DNA of 4,533 nucleotides from a virus (Duplodnaviria; Heunggongvirae; Uroviricota; Caudoviricetes): IMG/VR virus record IMGVR_UViG_2534681835_000030; one strand, 5' to 3'. Shown piece by piece: positions 1 to 4,533 of this stretch (position 1 is its first letter; each line of letters starts with the position of its first letter). The notes under the pieces were generated by a model. It saw only the letters and a program-made list of their open reading frames with translations, ran no database searches and was not told where the DNA came from. The position numbers and the translations under genes were made by a program.

Positions 1-89
1 GTATATTTATCTCATGGCTTCTCCAAGGATTATTTGATCTTTACATCCGTGGTCGTGACAACAGAGCACGCACTACAAAACCGGAGAAT
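1..89 (+). promoter_or_regulatory. AT-rich leader upstream of the first ORF; possible promoter region
   Basis: The first ~50 bp are clearly more AT-rich than the rest of the window. TTTACA at 40-45 is a 5/6 match to the -35 consensus, but no convincing -10 follows at 16-18 bp. The region is also formally in-frame with ORF 90..347. Confidence 0.12.
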
Positions 90-347
90 GTGGATACCCT
101 TTATTTCACAGTAGACGACTGCTACCGCGTGGACTTCACACCACACGGACTGGCGTTGCACTGCCTGACACCGCACGGCGAATCACTGCTGGCGTATTAC
201 GACTCCCCGGCCTCCGTATTTGCGGCAATGCTGGCGCATCGCACTGCTGGCGGGTGTGCCTCGCTGAGTGAATACACCGCTGAATTTAACCGCCTTTCCA
301 CCATCTTCTTGCAGGAGTGGCAGCGCGTGACGGGATACCAGCCATGA
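90..347 (+). CDS. Small hypothetical protein (85 aa from GTG 90), possibly 5'-partial because the frame stays open to the window start
   Basis: Frame-3 ORF ending at TGA 345-347, which overlaps ATG 344 of the downstream rep gene (ATGA arrangement, typical of translational coupling). GGAG at 83-86 sits only 3 nt before GTG 90, which is short for an RBS. No recognisable motif or homolog. The frame has no stop back to position 3, so the true start may lie upstream of the window. Confidence 0.4.
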   Translation: MDTLYFTVDDCYRVDFTPHGLALHCLTPHGESLLAYYDSPASVFAAMLAHRTAGGCASLSEYTAEFNRLSTIFLQEWQRVTGYQP

Positions 348-3182
348 GTGAGTTTGCATGGAGCTGGAATGAACCACGACCAGCCATTGATCCGGCCAGA
401 TTTACGGAGCACAGGCAGGAAACTGAAACCGACCTGCAACGCGCCATCCGTTACTACCTTGAGGCGGACAAAAAGGCCCGGAAAGAACAGGAAGCGAAGG
501 AGGAAGCCTTTTTCGCACAATCCACCGTGGGTAAAAAACTCATGGCATCCCTTGAGGAAGCCGGACAGCGTGAAAAGCTGGCACAAAGCATCATCAGCAA
601 GCGTCAGGCAACAGAACAAGACCCGGTGGCCCGTGCTTTTGCCACACTGAAGGTGCTTCCCGTTTATCTGCGTGAACCTCTGAGCCGCCACCTCTCTTTC
701 CTGCGCAAAAAACAGGAATCCGATCGTCAGAAAGGCAAAAAGAGCTGGCAGGCTGAACGCTACGCGCGCGGAACCCTGCGCAAAATATTCGTACGTCTGG
801 ACCGCACCGACAGCCGTTGGCTGACACCGGGTTATCGGTCCCTTGCCGGACGTGAACGCCTGGACGATTTGCTTTACCTGCCGCAACTCAACAAACACCA
901 GATACAGACGCTGGCCACCATGACGGCGGCGATGTTCAGCAGCACCTTCGAAAAACTCTGCGATGGTTTTGGCGCGACTGATGGCGAGCTGACCATGGAT
1001 GTAACGCTGAAGGCGTATCAGATGCTGGCCCGCATGGCGTTACACTTGCACGCCATGCCTCCGCATTATGACGCACTGACAACAGACAAAGACCGGAGGA
1101 ACGAACCGGACACGGAGCTGCTGCCGGGCGCAATCCTTCGCCTGACCTGTGCGGAATGGTGGAAACGCAAACTGTGGCTGTTACGTTGCGAGTGGCGGGA
1201 AGAACAACTCCGCGCCGCCTGTCTGGTTTCCAGAAAAACATCGCCCTATCTGAGTCAGGACGCGTTAAGCGAGTTTCGCGCACAGCGCGAGAAAACACGC
1301 GATTTCCTGAAAAGTTTCATGCTGGAAAATGAAGACGGGTTCACGATTGATCTCGAGACGGTGTATTACGCGGGAGTAAGTAACCCGGTTCACCGTAAGG
1401 CAGAAATGATGGCCACCATGAAGGGACTGGAACTTCTGGCCGAAGCCCGTGGCGACAGAGCGGTGTTTCTGACCGTCACCTGCCCGTCAAAATACCACGC
1501 AACAACGGAGAACGGTCATCCGAACCCCAAATGGAACGGGGCCACCATGCGCGACTCCAGCGATTACCTGGTTAACACGTTTTTGCGGCGGTCCGCAAAA
1601 ACTGAACCGCGACGGCCTGCGCTGGTATGGCATCCGCACGGTGGAGCCTCACCATGACGGCACTGTGCACTGGCATATGATGGTCTTTGCACATCCGGAC
1701 GAGATTGAAACCATCGTGTCCCACGTCTGCGATATTGCCATTCAGGAGGACCGCCACGAGCTGGGCAATGATATTACTCCGCGCTTTAAGGCGGAGTATG
1801 TCGACGGCTCAAAAGGCACACCAACCAGCTACATCGCCACCTACATCGGAAAGAACCTGGACAGCCGCGCCGTGGATGGCATCGACCCGAAAACGGGCAA
1901 GCCACGCGTTGACCACGAAACCGGAAAATCAATGGCCGAGAGCGTGGAGCGCGCCATCGGCTGGGCGCGCCTTCACCGGGTCCGTCAGTTCCAGTTCTTT
2001 GGCATCCCCTCCCGTCAGGTGTGGCGTGAACTGCGCCGCCTTGCCAGCCAGATGGCACGCAATCCGGAAGGCCCGCAACAGCTGAAAGATGATGCAATGG
2101 ATGCGGTACTCGCTGCCGCCGATGCCGGGTGTTTTGCCACCTACATTGAAAAACAGGGCGGCGTACTTGTTCCACGCAAAGACTACCTGATTCGCACCGC
2201 CTACGACCTCGCAGATGAGCTGAATGATTACGGCGAACAGAGCGTACAGATTTACGGGATCTGGTCACCACTCATCGGGGAATCCTCCCGTGTGTGCACG
2301 CATCCGGATAACTGGAAACTGGTAAGACGTAAACCGGAAACGGAAGACAGCGCCCGCGAAAATGGTTTTGACCTTCAGGGCGGCCCTGCCGCCCCTTGGA
2401 CTCGTGGCAATAACTGTCCCCGTGTACAGGAAACGGACAACAACGGGGCAGAACAGCCGGAAGAACGGCCAGCACCGTGGCCGCAGCTCCCTGACGGCGT
2501 TGAAGTGAACGAATGGATGCGCTCACTGAAACGGCACGAACGCCGGGCGCTGATGCGTTCGCTTCGTGACAAACAGGCAAAAAACAGCAGTGATGAAATG
2601 CAGAGCTGGACACAGAGCCGCAAACAGCAGCGGCCTTTGCCTGATAACCACGAATTACTCGCTAAAGAATGGCGGGAGTCTGCCGAATCTCTCGGCCTGC
2701 ATATCGGTGAACAGCAGATGCAGCACCTGCTACGGGGCGGCAGCCTGTACGTTGACGGCAGCATCATTGCACCGCAGGGATATGAAATTGTACGCAAACC
2801 GGATACCCGCCCGGACAGCCGAATCACGCAGCTCTGGCAGCACCTGAGCCGTAATCACGGCGTAAGCAGCACGGAGATCCGCCATAACCCGGTCGCCAGC
2901 TATCTGGCACAGCTGGGGGCATCAGACCCCGAAGCCGCCGCACGCCTGGCATCCGCACTTCAGCAGGATCAGAACACCATGAAAACACCCGTTACCGTGC
3001 TTTCTGACATGCTGCGCGCCATCCGCGACGCAGAGCACGCACAGAGAATCAGTGAAACCACTGAACGCGCCAGCCGCAAAGCAGACCTGCTGCGGGGTGG
3101 CCTGACCAGTGGAAACAAAAAACAGACAGAAACGGGACTCACAAATCCCGTAAATGAGCAAAAAACGCGCAGCGATATATGA
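344..3182 (+). CDS. P2 gpA-like rolling-circle (HUH) replication initiator, about 945 aa if read through; interrupted by an apparent +1 frameshift at the A5 run 1597-1601 (possible pseudogene or sequencing error)
   Basis: All three rolling-circle Rep motifs are present in order: motif 1 FLTVTCPSKYH (1466..1498, frame 2), HUH motif HWHMMVF (1668..1688, frame 3) and the two-tyrosine motif YIATYIGK (1830..1853, Tyr codons at 1830 and 1842). The junction KWNGAT...DYLVNTFLRRSAK / LNRDGLRWYGIRTVEPHHDGTVHWH reads continuously if one A is removed from 1597-1601. Track ORFs 317..1657 and 1641..3182 are the two halves. ATG 344 is preferred over GTG 317 because it overlaps the upstream stop and has GGGA at 332-335. 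Stop TGA at 3180-3182. Confidence 0.82.
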
Positions 3183-3228
3183 AGCGCGCACAAAACAGGC
3201 AAAAACGGGATTTCAGAATCCCGTAAAC
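3115..3228 (+). repeat. Two copies of an imperfect direct repeat of about 40 bp, each containing the palindrome ACGGGA-N8-TCCCGT followed by AAA; candidate parC-like centromere / ParR operator
   Basis: Copy 1 core is 3132..3151 (ACGGGA ctcacaaa TCCCGT), inside the last 17 codons of rep. Copy 2 core is 3205..3224 (ACGGGA tttcagaa TCCCGT), in the rep-parM intergenic region. The flanks are also shared (AACAGaCAgAAACGGGA versus AACAGgCAaAAACGGGA; TCCCGTAAA in both). Spacing is 73 bp. The position directly upstream of parM fits where parC lies in known ParMR loci. Confidence 0.35.
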
Positions 3229-3258
3229 GATTAATTAATCAACATAAGGAAAAGCGAC
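3205..3258 (+). promoter_or_regulatory. Putative parMR promoter and leader overlapping repeat copy 2, including the parM RBS
   Basis: AT-rich 76-bp intergenic region with the TTAATTAA palindrome at 3231-3238 (possible -10-like element ATTAAT at 3234-3239) and a weak -35-like TTTCAG at 3211-3216 inside the palindrome. RBS AAGGA at 3246-3250. The hexamer matches are weak; the call rests mainly on position. Confidence 0.2.
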
Positions 3259-4217
3259 ATGAAAATTTGTATCGACGACGGCTCCACCAACATCAAGCTG
3301 GCATGGACTGAGAACGGCGAACGCCGCAACGCCATCAGCCCGAACAGCTTCAAGTCGGAATGGTCTGCGCCATTCGGTGGCACGCAGCCCGCGAACTACA
3401 TGCTTGATGGCGTGCGCTATGGTTTTGATCCGGTCAGCGATCGCTTTGTCCAGACGACCGACACGCAATACCAGTACAGCGATGTGAATGTAATTGCCAT
3501 TCATCACGCGCTGGTCAAATCAGGCATCACACCACAGGAAGTGGATGTGGTTGTCACCCTGCCACTGAGCGAGTATTTCGATACAAACGCACAGCCGGAC
3601 ATGGCCAACATCAACCGCAAAAAGCGAACGTTATGCGCCCGGTGGAGTACCAGAACGGCGAAGCATTCACTATCCGTAACGTGCGGGTTATGCCTGAATC
3701 CATTCCGGCTGGCTTTAAGGCACTGGCTGACATGAGTCCGTTTGAATCCCTGCTGATTGTGGATTTGGGCGGAACCACGCTGGATGTGGCAAAGGTTCAG
3801 GGGCAGCTGGCAGGTATCAGCCAGGTGTTTTGCGATCCACACGTAGGCGTTTCCCTGATGGCTGATGCCGTGCTGTCGGTGATGGCCACTAACGGTATGC
3901 GTACCAGTCACCACATCGCCAATACCATTATTGAGCACCGTCACGATGAAGCCTGGCTGCGCCAGCACATTCACAATGACGCGCATTACAACAGCCTGAT
4001 GGCGGTTATTCGTGAAAAGGAGGAGACACTGAAACAACGAGTGATCCGCGCGCTGGCGGGTTTTTCCGGTTACGGGCGGGTGATGGTTGTCGGTGGAGGG
4101 GCGGAGATTGTGGCACCCGCTATCCGCGAAGCCTGCGGAGTTAATGCGACTTTCATCACGGACGGGGTGCCACAATTTGCTCTGGTTAATGGGCTGTACG
4201 CAATGAACAAGGAGTAA
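3259..4217 (+). CDS. parM: ParM/StbA actin-like plasmid segregation ATPase (type II partition), about 320 aa if read through; interrupted by an apparent -1 frameshift at the A5 run 3619-3623
   Basis: The N-terminus MKICIDDGSTNIKL and the internal SPNSF, YSDVNV, HHAL, MPESIPAG, DLGGTTLD and VVGGGAE motifs are collinear with R1 ParM as I recall it. RBS AAGGA at 3246-3250 lies 8 nt before ATG 3259. Frame 1 (3259..3735) carries the N-terminal half and frame 3 (3633..4217) the C-terminal half. Inserting one A in 3619-3623 gives ...ANINRKKANVMRPVEYQNGEAFTIRNVRVMPES..., which matches ParM ...ERKKANF...TFTIKDVKVMPES. Confidence 0.88.
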
Positions 4218-4221
4218 ACCA

Positions 4222-4533
4222 ATGACGACACCAACCAGAAGAATAAGTTTCTATCTGAAGCCAGCTGCCGTCAAGAACGAAGGAGAAGCATGCGCCTGGC
4301 TGGACAGCCTTACACCAGAAGCCCGCAAAAGCGGCCAACGCGTGGCTTTTCTGGCCGGGCTGGCACTTCTGAAGACGAATCCGGCAGAGGCTTACCGACT
4401 GGCCGCATGGGCTGATGATGAGATGTTACCTGTGACACAAATCAGCTCAAAAAAGTTTGAAGCACAGTCTGCACCAGTGGCTAAGATAACCAGCCAGATG
4501 GCTGGGAATATCCGGGCGTTATTTCCTGAGTAA
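4222..4533 (+). CDS. parR: ParR/StbB ribbon-helix-helix centromere-binding adaptor of the ParMR system (103 aa)
   Basis: Lies immediately downstream of parM in the canonical parM-parR order. RBS GGAG at 4211-4214 lies 7 nt before ATG 4222. The N-terminus RRISFYLKP...LDSLTPEARKS...RVAFLAGLAL resembles R1 ParR RTIAFKLNP...LDSIPQGERS...RAALTAGLAL. Stop TAA at 4531-4533 is the last codon in the window. Confidence 0.78.
   Translation: MTTPTRRISFYLKPAAVKNEGEACAWLDSLTPEARKSGQRVAFLAGLALLKTNPAEAYRLAAWADDEMLPVTQISSKKFEAQSAPVAKITSQMAGNIRALFPE

Noticed and set aside
197-898. 233-aa ORF on the minus strand
   Set aside because: Entirely antisense to the upstream ORF and the well-supported rep N-terminus. 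Long antisense ORFs are expected in GC-rich coding DNA and this one has no recognisable motifs.
2303-2314. DnaA-box-like sequence (reverse complement TTATCCGGA)
   Set aside because: Only a 7/9 match, isolated and inside coding sequence. Not sufficient to call a DnaA box.
2567-2586. 12-mer AACAGGCAAAAA shared with 3193..3204 next to repeat copy 2
   Set aside because: A single 12-mer match in a 4.5-kb window is near chance expectation, and the flanking sequence does not extend the similarity.
348-2847. Plus-strand alternative-frame ORFs 348..650, 1687..2085 and 2566..2847
   Set aside because: They overlap rep in a different frame. The translations are basic and low-complexity, typical of out-of-frame reads of a GC-rich gene.
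3132-3224. The two hairpins as Rho-independent terminators of rep
   Set aside because: Neither stem is followed by a T-rich tract (both are followed by AAA...), and copy 1 lies inside the rep coding sequence. Operator/centromere function fits better.
936-3507. Minus-strand ORFs 936..1298, 1572..1757, 1786..2271, 2272..2613, 2375..2827, 2922..3191, 2969..3202 and 3235..3507
   Set aside because: All lie antisense to rep or parM. Their translations are Arg/Cys/Pro-rich with no motifs and no plausible RBS context. Treated as shadow ORFs.
3504-4175. 223-aa ORF on the minus strand
   Set aside because: Antisense to parM, whose sense-strand translation shows clear ParM motifs. Considered spurious.
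1-4533. CRISPR arrays, tRNA/rRNA genes, transposase or IS elements
   Set aside because: No regularly spaced short repeats, no tRNA-like structure, and no transposase-like ORF or terminal inverted repeats were seen in the window.

Overview
The window reads as a compact replication-plus-partition module of an extrachromosomal element (plasmid or phage-plasmid), all on the + strand: a small hypothetical ORF (90..347), a large P2 gpA-like rolling-circle (HUH) replication initiator (344..3182), a ParM actin-like segregation ATPase (3259..4217) and a ParR adaptor (4222..4533). Both the initiator and ParM are split across two reading frames, each at a run of five A's (1597-1601 and 3619-3623); a one-base change at each site restores a full-length protein, so these are either real inactivating mutations or homopolymer sequencing errors. 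Two copies of a palindromic repeat (ACGGGA-N8-TCCCGTAAA, 73 bp apart) straddle the rep stop codon and the parM upstream region and are the best candidate for a parC-like centromere and operator. No tRNA, rRNA, CRISPR array or transposase is visible. All calls rest on reading the translations and on remembered motifs and homologs (R1 ParM/ParR, P2 gpA); no database search was run. I do not see a clearly novel system beyond this module; the unusual points are the rep-parMR pairing, the repeat architecture and the two frameshifts.
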